Below, one piece after another: positions 37,161 through 47,074 of a stretch of 64,000 bases of DNA. Made by a program: the position numbers and the translations under genes. Where the stretch lies: NCBI GenBank assembly GCA_965205095.1, contig OZ242040.1, positions 2,855,362 through 2,919,361 of the forward strand, given 5' to 3'. The stretch is from Candidatus Multivorans sp. Lineage in GTDB: Bacteria; Acidobacteriota; Thermoanaerobaculia; Multivoradales; Multivoraceae. The notes under the pieces were generated by a model, which saw only the letters and a program-made list of their open reading frames with translations, was not told the DNA's origin and made no database searches. The stretch's first letter is position 1; each line of letters starts with the position of its first letter.

Positions 37161-38569
37161 GAGCGTTCAGTAGAGCCGAGCCGTCCGTTGGCCGGCGCGT
37201 TTCTCCCGCCGCCTACGGCGGCAGCCGGCGAGGGCGCCGGCGCACCCAGTGGTCGGGCGGCCGCTGCGGCGTCGTCATTGCAGTCCTGGTACTCGTTCCC
37301 GCCGTCACCCAGGCCGCCGAACTCCCCACCCCCGACCTCACCGCCGTCGAACCCCGGGTCCGAGCCGCCATCGAAAAGGAGCTCGCCACCGCCACCCGCG
37401 AACCCGACTCTCCAGCCGTCTGGGGCCGCCTCGCCATGACCCTCCACGCCCACCAGTTCGACGAGGGGGCCGCGGCCGCGTACGCCGAGGCTTCGCGGCT
37501 GGCGCCCGGCGACTTCCGCTGGGTCTATCTGCGAGCGAACGTGGAAGAGGCCCGCGATCCGGCCGCGGCGGCGGCGTTCTACCGCCGGGCCGTCGAACTC
37601 GACCCCAACTACGCGCCGGCCCGCATCCGCCTCGCCTCCGCCCTCGAGAAGATCGGCCTCGCCGCCGACGCGGACGAGCACTACCGGGAAGCCGCGCGTC
37701 TCGAACCCGACAACGCGGTCGCGCACCTCGGCCTCGGCCGCCTCGCTCTCGGGCGCGGCGAAGTCGATCAGGCCATCCGTGATCTCGAACGCGCCTACGA
37801 TTTGAGTTCCGATACGCAGGCCGTCGTCGCCATGCTGTCGCGCGCCCGGCACCGGGCAGGCGACCGCGACGGGGCGAGGCGTCTCGCCCAGGCGGCGCGG
37901 GACCTGCCGCCGCTGCTCCACCAGCGCGACCCGCGCCGCGCCCAGGTCGACCTGCTGGCCGTGGACTCGGAGAGCTTTCTGCGCCGGAGCAAGACCTACC
38001 GGGAGACGGGGCAGTTGCAGGCTTCCCTCGGGGAACTACGGCGGCTGATCGAACTGGAACCCGGGAACGCCCAGGCGCACTTCGCCGCGGCCGGCGTTCA
38101 CGACCGGATGAACCGGCCGAGGGAGGCCGCCGCGGCCGCGCGCCGCGCTCTCGAACTCGACCCCGATCTGGCGGGCGGGCGAGCGGTGCTGGCTGGCGCT
38201 TTGTTCAAGCTCGGGCAGTTCGGGGAGGCGGCCGCCGAGGCCGAGCGGGTCCTTGCCGAAGATCCGGACGATGTCCACATGCTGCTCGTCACGACCATGC
38301 TGGCGATGCGGGAGAACGACGTGGCGCGGGCTCTCGAGCGGCTGGACCGGGCGGCCGCTGCCGGCGTCGCGGACAACCTGATGCGGGATCTGATGGTTCA
38401 GCTCCAGCTCGAGCTGGCCGACGCTCTGGGAGGTGCGGGCTTCTACGACGACGCGGCGCGCCGGATCGAGCAGGTGATCGAAGCGCTGGAGCAGGGCGGG
38501 GCCAGCGAAAGCGAGTTGCGGCTTCACCAGCGCCGGCTTGCGCAGTACCGGGAAAGGGCGCGCGGATGA
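37157..38569 (+). CDS. TPR-repeat protein (typical partner of CRTAC1-family gene)
   Basis: Multiple TPR units. The N-terminal 35 codons are a translation of a REP-like repeat copy, followed by a hydrophobic signal-like segment. ATGA overlap with the upstream gene. Confidence 0.6.
   Translation: MRAFSRAEPSVGRRVSPAAYGGSRRGRRRTQWSGGRCGVVIAVLVLVPAVTQAAELPTPDLTAVEPRVRAAIEKELATATREPDSPAVWGRLAMTLHAHQFDEGAAAAYAEASRLAPGDFRWVYLRANVEEARDPAAAAAFYRRAVELDPNYAPARIRLASALEKIGLAADADEHYREAARLEPDNAVAHLGLGRLALGRGEVDQAIRDLERAYDLSSDTQAVVAMLSRARHRAGDRDGARRLAQAARDLPPLLHQRDPRRAQVDLLAVDSESFLRRSKTYRETGQLQASLGELRRLIELEPGNAQAHFAAAGVHDRMNRPREAAAAARRALELDPDLAGGRAVLAGALFKLGQFGEAAAEAERVLAEDPDDVHMLLVTTMLAMRENDVARALERLDRAAAAGVADNLMRDLMVQLQLELADALGGAGFYDDAARRIEQVIEALEQGGASESELRLHQRRLAQYRERARG
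37206..37252. repeat. REP-like repeat copy E inside the 5' end of the TPR gene
   Basis: cgccgcctacggcggc (perfect hairpin) + gccggcgagggcgccggcgcacccagtgg. Confidence 0.7.
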
Positions 38570-40056
38570 GCGACGCGGAACACGGGACCGACGCGCCGGT
38601 ACGCGTACGGGTGGCGCCGTCGCCGACCGGCGACCCCCACGTCGGCACCGCCTACCAGGCACTGGTCAACCTGGCCTTCGCGCGCAGCCGCGGCGGCGTC
38701 TTCGTGCTGCGGATCGAGGACACGGACCGCGCCCGTTCGAGCCGCGCGTCAGAGGCCGCGATCCTCGACGCCCTGCGCTGGCTGGGTCTGAATTGGGACG
38801 AGGGGCCCTACCGCCAGAGCGAGCGGCTGGACCTCTACCGCTCGGAGGTCGACCGGCTGCTCGCCGCGGGCAGCGCCTACCGCTGCTTCTGCACGCGGGA
38901 GCGGCTCGACGAGATGCGCCGGGAGAACCGGGCAGAGCAGCGCTTCCCGGGCTACGACCGCCGCTGCCGGAGCCTGTCGTCTGCCGAGTCCGAGCGCCGG
39001 GCGGCGGCCGGGGAACCACACACGGTCCGTCTGGCGATGCCCACCGAGGGCGAATGCGTCATGCAGGACCTCCTGCGCGGCGAGATCCGGCGCGAGTGGG
39101 AGCTGATCGACGACCAGGTCATCCTGAAGGCCGACGGCTATCCCACCTACCACCTGGCCTGCACCGTCGACGACCACGCGATGGCGATCAGCCACGTGAT
39201 CCGGGGGGAGGAGTGGATCAACTCCCTGCCGAAGCACCTGCGGCTCTACGAAGCGCTGGGCTACGAGCCGCCGACCTTCTGCCACCTGCCGCTCCTGCGC
39301 AACAACGACGCGAACCGCTCCAAGCTCTCGAAGCGCCGCAATCCGACCTCGATCACCTGGTTCCGGGATGCCGGCTTCCTGCCCGAGGCGCTGCTGAACT
39401 TCCTGGGGCTCATGGTGTCCAGCCGGTCGGAGGGCGAAGAGAAGTTCAGCTTCGAGGAGCTCGCCAAGGCCTTCCGGTTCGAGGACATCTCGCTCGGAGG
39501 CCCCGTCTTCGACCTCGACAAGCTGCGCTGGCTCAACGCCCGCTACCTGCGCGAGGACTACGACGCGGTCGGGCTTGCCGGTCTCGTCCGCGACTGGTCG
39601 ATGGGGTCGGAGCGGCTCGCCGCCATCGCCGCTCTAGCCCAGCCGCGCCTCGAGACCCTGGGCGACTGGGGGCGGCTGACGAGCTTCCTGTTCGTCGATG
39701 CGCCCGCCGTCGAGCGTGAGAAGCTGGCCGTCAAGGGTCTGGAAGAGGCACAGGTGGCGGAAGCGCTTCAGTTCATGCTGTGGACGCTGGAACGCGAGCA
39801 GACCTTCACCGCCGAGGTCGTCCAGGGCCACTTCCGGCGCCTGTCCGAAGCGTTGGACGTCAGCCTGCGCAACCTGACCCGGCCCTTCTACGTCGCCATG
39901 TCCGGCGAGACCGCCTCGCTGCCGCTGTTCCAGTCGATGGAGATCCTCGGACCCGACCTGGTGCGAGCCCGCATCCGCCGCGCCATCGAAGCGCTGGGCG
40001 GCATCTCCGGCAAGCGGATGAAGAAGCTGCAGAAGCGCTTCGAAGAGTTGGCCTGA
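38566..40056 (+). CDS. gltX: glutamate--tRNA ligase
   Basis: HIGH-type motif (PHVGTA) and KLSKR (the KMSKS motif). It covers the full length of class I GluRS. Confidence 0.9.
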   Translation: MSDAEHGTDAPVRVRVAPSPTGDPHVGTAYQALVNLAFARSRGGVFVLRIEDTDRARSSRASEAAILDALRWLGLNWDEGPYRQSERLDLYRSEVDRLLAAGSAYRCFCTRERLDEMRRENRAEQRFPGYDRRCRSLSSAESERRAAAGEPHTVRLAMPTEGECVMQDLLRGEIRREWELIDDQVILKADGYPTYHLACTVDDHAMAISHVIRGEEWINSLPKHLRLYEALGYEPPTFCHLPLLRNNDANRSKLSKRRNPTSITWFRDAGFLPEALLNFLGLMVSSRSEGEEKFSFEELAKAFRFEDISLGGPVFDLDKLRWLNARYLREDYDAVGLAGLVRDWSMGSERLAAIAALAQPRLETLGDWGRLTSFLFVDAPAVEREKLAVKGLEEAQVAEALQFMLWTLEREQTFTAEVVQGHFRRLSEALDVSLRNLTRPFYVAMSGETASLPLFQSMEILGPDLVRARIRRAIEALGGISGKRMKKLQKRFEELA

Positions 40057-40082
40057 CGCAACCCCGGTGCCGGTGCGCCGTG

Positions 40083-40173
40083 TCGGTGCGCCGGCCTTCT
40101 GGCCGGCTGGGTTCGCGGGTCCTCTGACCCGCTGCCGCCGAAGGCGGCCAGGAGCACGCGCCGCGAAGCGGCG
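40083..40173. repeat. diverged REP-like copy F between convergent gltX and DUF2384 gene (possible bidirectional terminator)
   Basis: ggtgcgccggcc...ccggccttctggccgg palindrome plus the cgccgcgaagcggcg hairpin. Confidence 0.5.
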
Positions 40174-40191
40174 ACCTTCATGCGGCGGGGC

Positions 40192-40554
40192 CTATGCGTA
40201 GCCGCCGGCTGCCAGCCTGTCGAGATAAGCATGGACGTGCTCGGTTCTGCCTTCCCGCAGCAGCATGCACGCCGTTGCTCCACCGAATCCGGACAGCGGC
40301 TCCGAGCGAAACCAGGCGTAGGCCGCAAGCGGCGAGCCAGTTTCGGCCCGAACCTGGTTCAGAATCTCCAGCATCTGGCGGAGACGGCCTTGGGTCTTTC
40401 GAGCCCTGATCCGCGAGTCACGCGAGAGGGCGTCGCGCTCCAATCCAAGTGTGCCGGCGATCTCTGCCCTCGTGGTGCGCAACTCAGCGGCGATGAGCGC
40501 CGGAGACAAGACCTGGTTTTCGACGAGTCTCGCCAGAGCGCCCTTCGTCGTCAT
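40192..40554 (-). CDS. Xre-HTH + DUF2384 (MbcA/ParS-type antitoxin domain) protein
   Basis: ATG at 40552-40554 (MTTKGALARL...). It has an HTH-like LSPALIAAELRTTRAEIAGTLGL. The C-terminal WFRSEPLSGFGGATACMLLREGRTEHVHAYLDRLAAGGYA matches the DUF2384 toxin-binding domain consensus. Confidence 0.55.
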   Translation of the reverse strand: MTTKGALARLVENQVLSPALIAAELRTTRAEIAGTLGLERDALSRDSRIRARKTQGRLRQMLEILNQVRAETGSPLAAYAWFRSEPLSGFGGATACMLLREGRTEHVHAYLDRLAAGGYA

Positions 40555-41093
40555 TGCGGGAACAGGTCGAACACGTCGCCGGGCTTGTAGTCGGGTTTCA
40601 GGTCCCAGTACCACTCGTCGCCCTGCCAGACCCGTTTCGAGCCCAGTTCGCGGAGGCGGCCACGCAGACGATCGAGGGTGTCGGCCAGGCAGTTGTCGGG
40701 GTCGTGGAGGATGCGCGCGTCCTCGGTCATGTCGAGCAGGAGCGGGGTCCCGAGACGCAGCTCCCGGGGGGTCTTGAAGATGGGCGCCAGGCGGGTGTGG
40801 ATTCCGAGGTCGGCGGCCGTGTCGAACAACGGCTGCAGCCGGCCCGCCATGGTGCGGAACTCCTCGACCCGAGCGATCCGGCCATCCGGCAGATCTTCCG
40901 CCACGAGGAGGAGGTCGATGTCGGAGTCGGCCCTGGGCGTGGCGCGGCCGACGGATCCGTAGACGGCGAGGGCGGCCAATCGGCTTCCGTAGTGCGCCTT
41001 GCAGGCCTTGAGGACGGTGCCAAGGAGGTTGTCGTACTGACTCACCAGTCGCGCGGTCGCGCGGCTCTGCTCGGAGGATCGACGGACGGCCAT
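40551..41093 (-). CDS. nucleotidyltransferase (MNT fold) with C-terminal extension, translationally coupled to the DUF2384 gene
   Basis: ATG at 41091-41093 (MAVRRSSEQ...). VYGSVGRATPRADSDIDLLLV is the GS...DxD motif. Its stop overlaps the downstream start (ATGA at 40551-40554). Confidence 0.55.
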   Translation of the reverse strand: MAVRRSSEQSRATARLVSQYDNLLGTVLKACKAHYGSRLAALAVYGSVGRATPRADSDIDLLLVAEDLPDGRIARVEEFRTMAGRLQPLFDTAADLGIHTRLAPIFKTPRELRLGTPLLLDMTEDARILHDPDNCLADTLDRLRGRLRELGSKRVWQGDEWYWDLKPDYKPGDVFDLFPQ

Positions 41094-41160
41094 GGCTCCC
41101 TGATTGTAGGACGGACAGGCCATCACCGGTCCCGAGCCGGTCCCACAAACCGAGTGCGCC

Positions 41161-41230
41161 GGCATCCCCGCGGACTCAATCCACACTGGGTGCGCCGGCG
41201 CCCCCGCCGGCCTTAGTGGAGTCGCGCGGG
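41161..41230. repeat. REP-like repeat copy G (inverted) between glnS stop and MNT start
   Basis: cactgggtgcgccggcgcccccgccggcc. Confidence 0.65.
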
Positions 41231-41233
41231 GCG

Positions 41234-42937
<1,704 letters not shown>

Positions 42938-43001
42938 GGCGGCTTGGCCTGAGGCGTATTGCTGCGGAGCAGCGGAGGTTATCGCGCCCGGTTGCGCAGC
43001 G

Positions 43002-43715
43002 TCAGCCGTCGAACCGGTACCCCAGCCCGTGTACCGTGACGATGAACTCCGGCCGGCCCGGACTCGGCTCGATCTTCTGCCGCAACGACGACACGTGCAC
43101 GTCGACGGTGCGGGTCGTCGGCGTCGCGTCGTAACCCCAGACCTCGTCGAGCAGCCGGTCCCGGTCGTGGACCTGCCCGCGGTGCTCGATCAGGAACCTG
43201 AGCAGCCGGTACTCGAGCGCCGAGCAGGCGACTTCGGACTCGGCTCCGCCGTCGTCGATGCGCCACACCTGGGCGCTGTCGAAGTCGACGCGGATGTTGC
43301 CGAAACGGTACGTGCCGTCGGCCGCCGTTGACGCCGTTGCTCCGGCCTGGCTGCGTCGCAGCAGCGCCTCGACCCGCGCCAGCAACTCCAACGTCTCGAA
43401 CGGCTTCGCGAGGTAGTCGTCGGCGCCGAGCTTGAGGCCGAGAACGCGGTCGACCAGTTCGTTGCGGGCGGTGAGCATGAGAATCGGCGTCGACGTGCCG
43501 CCCTGGCGCAGATCGCGACAGACGTCGAAGCCGTTCTTGCCCGGCAGGTTGACGTCGAGCAGGACAAGATCGAAGCTGCCGTCCGCGGCCAGCCGCTGCC
43601 CTGAAGGGCCGTCGCCTGCGACCTCGACTTCGTAGCCCTCGGCGGCCAACCGGTCGCCCAGGGTGCGGGCAAGGCTGGGTTCGTCCTCGACCAGGAGCAG
43701 GCGCCGGGACGTCAT
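43002..43715 (-). CDS. OmpR/PhoB-family response regulator
   Basis: ATG at 43713-43715. The receiver domain (LLLVEDEP... D in VLLDVNLPG) is followed by a winged-helix trans_reg_C. Its start overlaps the kinase stop. Confidence 0.8.
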   Translation of the reverse strand: MTSRRLLLVEDEPSLARTLGDRLAAEGYEVEVAGDGPSGQRLAADGSFDLVLLDVNLPGKNGFDVCRDLRQGGTSTPILMLTARNELVDRVLGLKLGADDYLAKPFETLELLARVEALLRRSQAGATASTAADGTYRFGNIRVDFDSAQVWRIDDGGAESEVACSALEYRLLRFLIEHRGQVHDRDRLLDEVWGYDATPTTRTVDVHVSSLRQKIEPSPGRPEFIVTVHGLGYRFDG

Positions 43716-45532
43716 GCGGCGCTCGCCGGCAGCGAGACGCTGAACGTCGTGCGCCCGGGCTCGCTGTCCACGGTGATGGAGCCGCCGTGCTCCTCGATCG
43801 TGTTGCGCGCGAGGCTCAGACCAAGTCCGGAGCCGGGCTGAGTGCCCTCGGTCGCGGCCTTGCCGCGGACGAAGGGGTCGAAGATCCGACGCTGCTCGGC
43901 CTTCGGGATCCCGGGGCCGCGGTCGGTGACGGCGACGGTCACCCGCCGCCGGGCGGCGTCGCAGCTCGCTTCGACGCGCGCTCGCACGGCGCCGTCGGCG
44001 TCCCGGCCGTACTTCGCTGCGTTGTGCAGGAGGTTCATGAAGGCCGTGATCAGGGCGTCGCGGTCGCCCGGGATCGAGGGCAGATCGTCCAGCCCTTCGA
44101 GGTCCAGTTCGACACCGTGCTCCTCCAGGAACCAGGTCGATTCGGCCACTGTCGCGCGCAGCAGTTCGCCGGGGTCGATCTCGGCAGTCGCGTTCCGGGC
44201 AGAAGCCCGGCCGATGCCCGCCCACTGGAGCGCCTGTGCGACCAGTCGGGACAATCGGCGCCCCTCGCGTTCGATCATCTCGCCGTAGCCGCGGACGTCG
44301 TCGGGCCTGTGGACGATTCCCGCGCGCAGGTTCTCGCCCGCCGAACGGATCGCCTGGAGCGGAGTGTTCAGTTCGTGGGAGACCCCGGCCACGAAGTCGA
44401 CCTGCTGGGCGGCGAGTGACTGCGCGCGGCGAGCGGAAACGAGGACCAGGCCAAAGCCCACCGCGATCAGGGTCAGGACTCCGGAACTGACATAGAGGTT
44501 CCGTCGGCGGGCGGCGCTCGTGGCCGCTTCAAGCGATCCGCTGCGATGGGTGATCCGAACCTGCCAGGCTCCGGCGGACCGGTCCCGGTCGCGGCCGCCG
44601 TCGCGGCGTTCTCGTTCGCCGAGTGAGAAGCGACGCCGGTCGTCGCGGTCGTCGCGGTCGTTCGGTCGGAAGCCCGGCCTGTCGCGGTCGCTCTGGCGTT
44701 CGCGGAACGGTCGCGTCCGCAGCACCCGGAACTGGATGTCCGCTGCCCCGGATGGGATGGTGGACGTGCGCCCTGGAGCGCCTGCCGGGTCGGGAAAGAC
44801 CTGGCGCGGCGCGGGGCCGGACACGTCGGTCACCGAAACCCGATAGGGCGGCTCCTCGCCGGGAGATACGGCGCCGAAGTACCGTTCGATCATCGCCGGG
44901 AGCATCTCCTGTTCGAGGACCGAGACCTCGATACTGGCCACGATCAGACTGGTCGGTGGGCCGGGGCGACCGCTCCGGTTCCGCGTCGGTAGCGGGATCA
45001 CGAGCCGGTCGGTACGCTGCGGCGGCGTCAGACGACCGGGCGGCCGCAGCGCGCGCACCGCTTCCTCCAGGTCGGCGGGTGCCCCGCCGGGCTCCAGTCG
45101 GCCGCTGTCCTCGTCGAGCCGGAAGGCGTTGCGCGTTCCTTCCCGGCGGTCGGTCAGCACGAGCCAGGTTTCGTCGAGAATGTACGGGAAGGCCGCGTTT
45201 CTCCGCCAGTCCCGGACGACTCGCGCCAAGAGTTCTTCGAACTGTGCCGGCTGCCCTGCCGTTGGAGCCCGGCCCGGCTCGGTCAGGGTCGCGACACGCA
45301 GGAGAGCGGTGTAGAGCTGAGCCAGGGGCGCTTCGATGTCCCCGGCAAGCAGCCGGCTCGACTCCTCCAGGTTCGCGCGCATCCGCTCGCTGGCGGCGGC
45401 GCTGAGTTCGCCGGTCCAGCGGTACTGGAGGACGGCGAGGGTCACGAGCAGGACGGAGGCGACCGCGGCGACGATCAGCGTCCAGCGGTTGCTCGAACCG
45501 GTCTTCAGTCCGGGAATGCGCCGGACAGCCAT
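43712..45532 (-). CDS. sensor histidine kinase (HisKA + HATPase_c) with Arg/Asp-rich periplasmic region
   Basis: ATG at 45530-45532 (MAVRRIPGL... with TM1). It has a second TM, an H-box (GVSHELNTPL) and N/G1/G2 boxes. The periplasmic segment contains a low-complexity RPNDRDDRDDRRRF...RDRDRS region. Confidence 0.7.
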   Translation of the reverse strand: MAVRRIPGLKTGSSNRWTLIVAAVASVLLVTLAVLQYRWTGELSAAASERMRANLEESSRLLAGDIEAPLAQLYTALLRVATLTEPGRAPTAGQPAQFEELLARVVRDWRRNAAFPYILDETWLVLTDRREGTRNAFRLDEDSGRLEPGGAPADLEEAVRALRPPGRLTPPQRTDRLVIPLPTRNRSGRPGPPTSLIVASIEVSVLEQEMLPAMIERYFGAVSPGEEPPYRVSVTDVSGPAPRQVFPDPAGAPGRTSTIPSGAADIQFRVLRTRPFRERQSDRDRPGFRPNDRDDRDDRRRFSLGERERRDGGRDRDRSAGAWQVRITHRSGSLEAATSAARRRNLYVSSGVLTLIAVGFGLVLVSARRAQSLAAQQVDFVAGVSHELNTPLQAIRSAGENLRAGIVHRPDDVRGYGEMIEREGRRLSRLVAQALQWAGIGRASARNATAEIDPGELLRATVAESTWFLEEHGVELDLEGLDDLPSIPGDRDALITAFMNLLHNAAKYGRDADGAVRARVEASCDAARRRVTVAVTDRGPGIPKAEQRRIFDPFVRGKAATEGTQPGSGLGLSLARNTIEEHGGSITVDSEPGRTTFSVSLPASAA

Positions 45533-45585
45533 GGGCGGCAGTGTAGCCGCAGGCAGCGCCAGGGAAACCGTGTTGGCGCAGGGCT

Positions 45586-45625
45586 TTACAAGCGTTACAA
45601 ACATCTTGCAGCGGCTTGATGACTG
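45586..45625. promoter_or_regulatory. 40-bp element TTACAAGCGTTACAAACATCTTGCAGCGGCTTGATGACTG (copy 1), 67 nt upstream of the cytochrome gene and in the kinase-divergent intergenic region
   Basis: Identical to 46323-46362. It contains the direct repeat TTACAA-n3-TTACAA and a -35-like TTGCAG. Confidence 0.55.
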
Positions 45626-45692
45626 GCCTCCTGCGGGTCCGTACGGTTCCTCGCGTTCGATTCCCGTCCCGCCAAATGAGGAGCTGCCTGAA

Positions 45693-46307
45693 ATGAAGAC
45701 ACCCCGGAACCGTTCGATCGTGTTCACGCGCACCTTGCTGCCTGGCCTGCTGCTCGTGGCCGCCGCTTCGTCCGCGAATTGCCAGGAGTGGGAGCGCCGC
45801 TCGGACGAGCGCTGGAGGCGCGGCGATGCCCGCGCGGCAATCAGCCCGGAAGCGCTGGCGGCGATGCGACCGGTGCTCGAGCTCCAGGGCGACCCGCAGC
45901 GGGGCGAGGCCCTGTTCCGCGACCTCTGCGCGCGTTGCCACCTTGCCGGGGACATCGGCGGTGGACCGGGCCCCGATCTCTCCGGCGTCGGCGGCTGGAG
46001 CCCGGAGAGACTCCTGCACGACCTTCTGAATCCGAACGCGGAGGTGGACGCCGACTATGCGAGCTACGTCGTCGAAACGGTCGAGGGCGAGGTGTTCTCC
46101 GGACTCCTGGCTGAGAGTCCGGGCGGCGACGTCGTCCTGCTCACTGCTGGAGACACCACTGTCAGCCTCCCCGCCGGGCGGATCCGGGAGGTGCGCAAGG
46201 ACGACCTGTCCATGATGCCCGAAGGGCTGCTGGCGGGTCTCGAGCCCGCGGATGTGGCCGATCTTCTCGCGTTCCTGCGTCCCTCCGGGCAGCGAGACCG
46301 CAGGTAG
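45693..46307 (+). CDS. secreted c-type cytochrome / PSCyt-type heme-binding domain protein
   Basis: Signal peptide, then the CARCH heme-binding motif. The C-terminus (...MMPEGLLAGLEPADVADLLAFL) resembles the Planctomycete/Verrucomicrobial-type heme-binding domain. Confidence 0.55.
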   Translation: MKTPRNRSIVFTRTLLPGLLLVAAASSANCQEWERRSDERWRRGDARAAISPEALAAMRPVLELQGDPQRGEALFRDLCARCHLAGDIGGGPGPDLSGVGGWSPERLLHDLLNPNAEVDADYASYVVETVEGEVFSGLLAESPGGDVVLLTAGDTTVSLPAGRIREVRKDDLSMMPEGLLAGLEPADVADLLAFLRPSGQRDRR

Positions 46308-46322
46308 CGCGTGCGGCACGCC

Positions 46323-46362
46323 TTACAAGCGTTACAAACATCTTGCAGCGGCTTGATGACTG
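46323..46362. promoter_or_regulatory. 40-bp element copy 2, 65 nt upstream of the Spy/CpxP-like gene
   Basis: 100% identical to 45586-45625. The RBS and signal-peptide regions downstream are also similar between the two genes. Confidence 0.55.
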
Positions 46363-46427
46363 ACCGCCGCGGCGACCCGTACTGTTTGTCCACGTTTGAT
46401 TCCCTGCCACCCAAGGAGGTGCTTGAA

Positions 46428-46940
46428 ATGAGAACAACCCTGAGACGTTCGATGTCGATCGCCCGCGTTCTGCTTCCCGGTCTGCTGCTCGCAGCCGGGG
46501 CCATGGTCGCGGCGGCAGATGATGGCGATGATCGCGGCTCCAGGCGCGGTGCGCGCGGCGACTTCGCGGAGCGCGACGCCGAACGCATGGCCCGAGCGCT
46601 CCAGTTGACCGAATCCCAGCAGGAGGAGTGGCGGCGTCTGCGCGAGGAGCACGAAGCGAGCGTGCGATCTCTGATGCGCCAGATGCGCGACACGACGGAG
46701 CGCCTCGAGACCGAGGCGGACCTCCAGAGCCCCGACCCGACCATCGTCGGGCAGTTGGAGCTCGACCGGCGGAGCATCGTGCGCCAGTTGAGAGAGTCGC
46801 GAACCCAGGTCGACGAGGACCTGGCGCGGCTGCTCGACCGCGACCAGACGATCCGCTGGGAAGCCCTGCGGGAGAACGGCCGCGGCGGCTTCCGGGGACC
46901 CTTTGGCCCCGGTGGGCGCGGTCCTCGTCCTCGGAACTGA
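46428..46940 (+). CDS. periplasmic Spy/CpxP-family (LTxxQ motif) protein
   Basis: ATG at 46428 with an AAGGAGG RBS. It has a signal peptide and the LQLTESQQEEW LTxxQ motif, and a helical charged composition. The upstream part of the track ORF was rejected. Confidence 0.5.
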   Translation: MRTTLRRSMSIARVLLPGLLLAAGAMVAAADDGDDRGSRRGARGDFAERDAERMARALQLTESQQEEWRRLREEHEASVRSLMRQMRDTTERLETEADLQSPDPTIVGQLELDRRSIVRQLRESRTQVDEDLARLLDRDQTIRWEALRENGRGGFRGPFGPGGRGPRPRN

Positions 46941-46967
46941 ACCGGAGGCAACCAGCCTCCATTGCAT

Positions 46968-47003
46968 GGGCGGGCGTCCTTCGGGCGCCCGCCCTTCTTC
47001 GTT
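46968..47003 (+). terminator. rho-independent terminator (GGGCGGGCG-loop-CGCCCGCCC + TTCTTCGTT)
   Basis: 9-bp perfect GC stem followed by a T-rich tract, 28 nt after the Spy-like stop. Confidence 0.6.
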
Positions 47004-47074
47004 CGGCGGCGCTAGGATCGCGCCTCATCGATCAGTTCGGGCGGCGCGACAGGCCGCTTGAGGAGGCGCTTGGT

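Noticed and set aside
45586-46362. The 40-bp duplicate as part of a mobile element or CRISPR-like array
   Set aside because: Only two copies, 737 bp apart, each positioned at a fixed distance upstream of a gene start. There is no repeat-spacer periodicity and no transposase.
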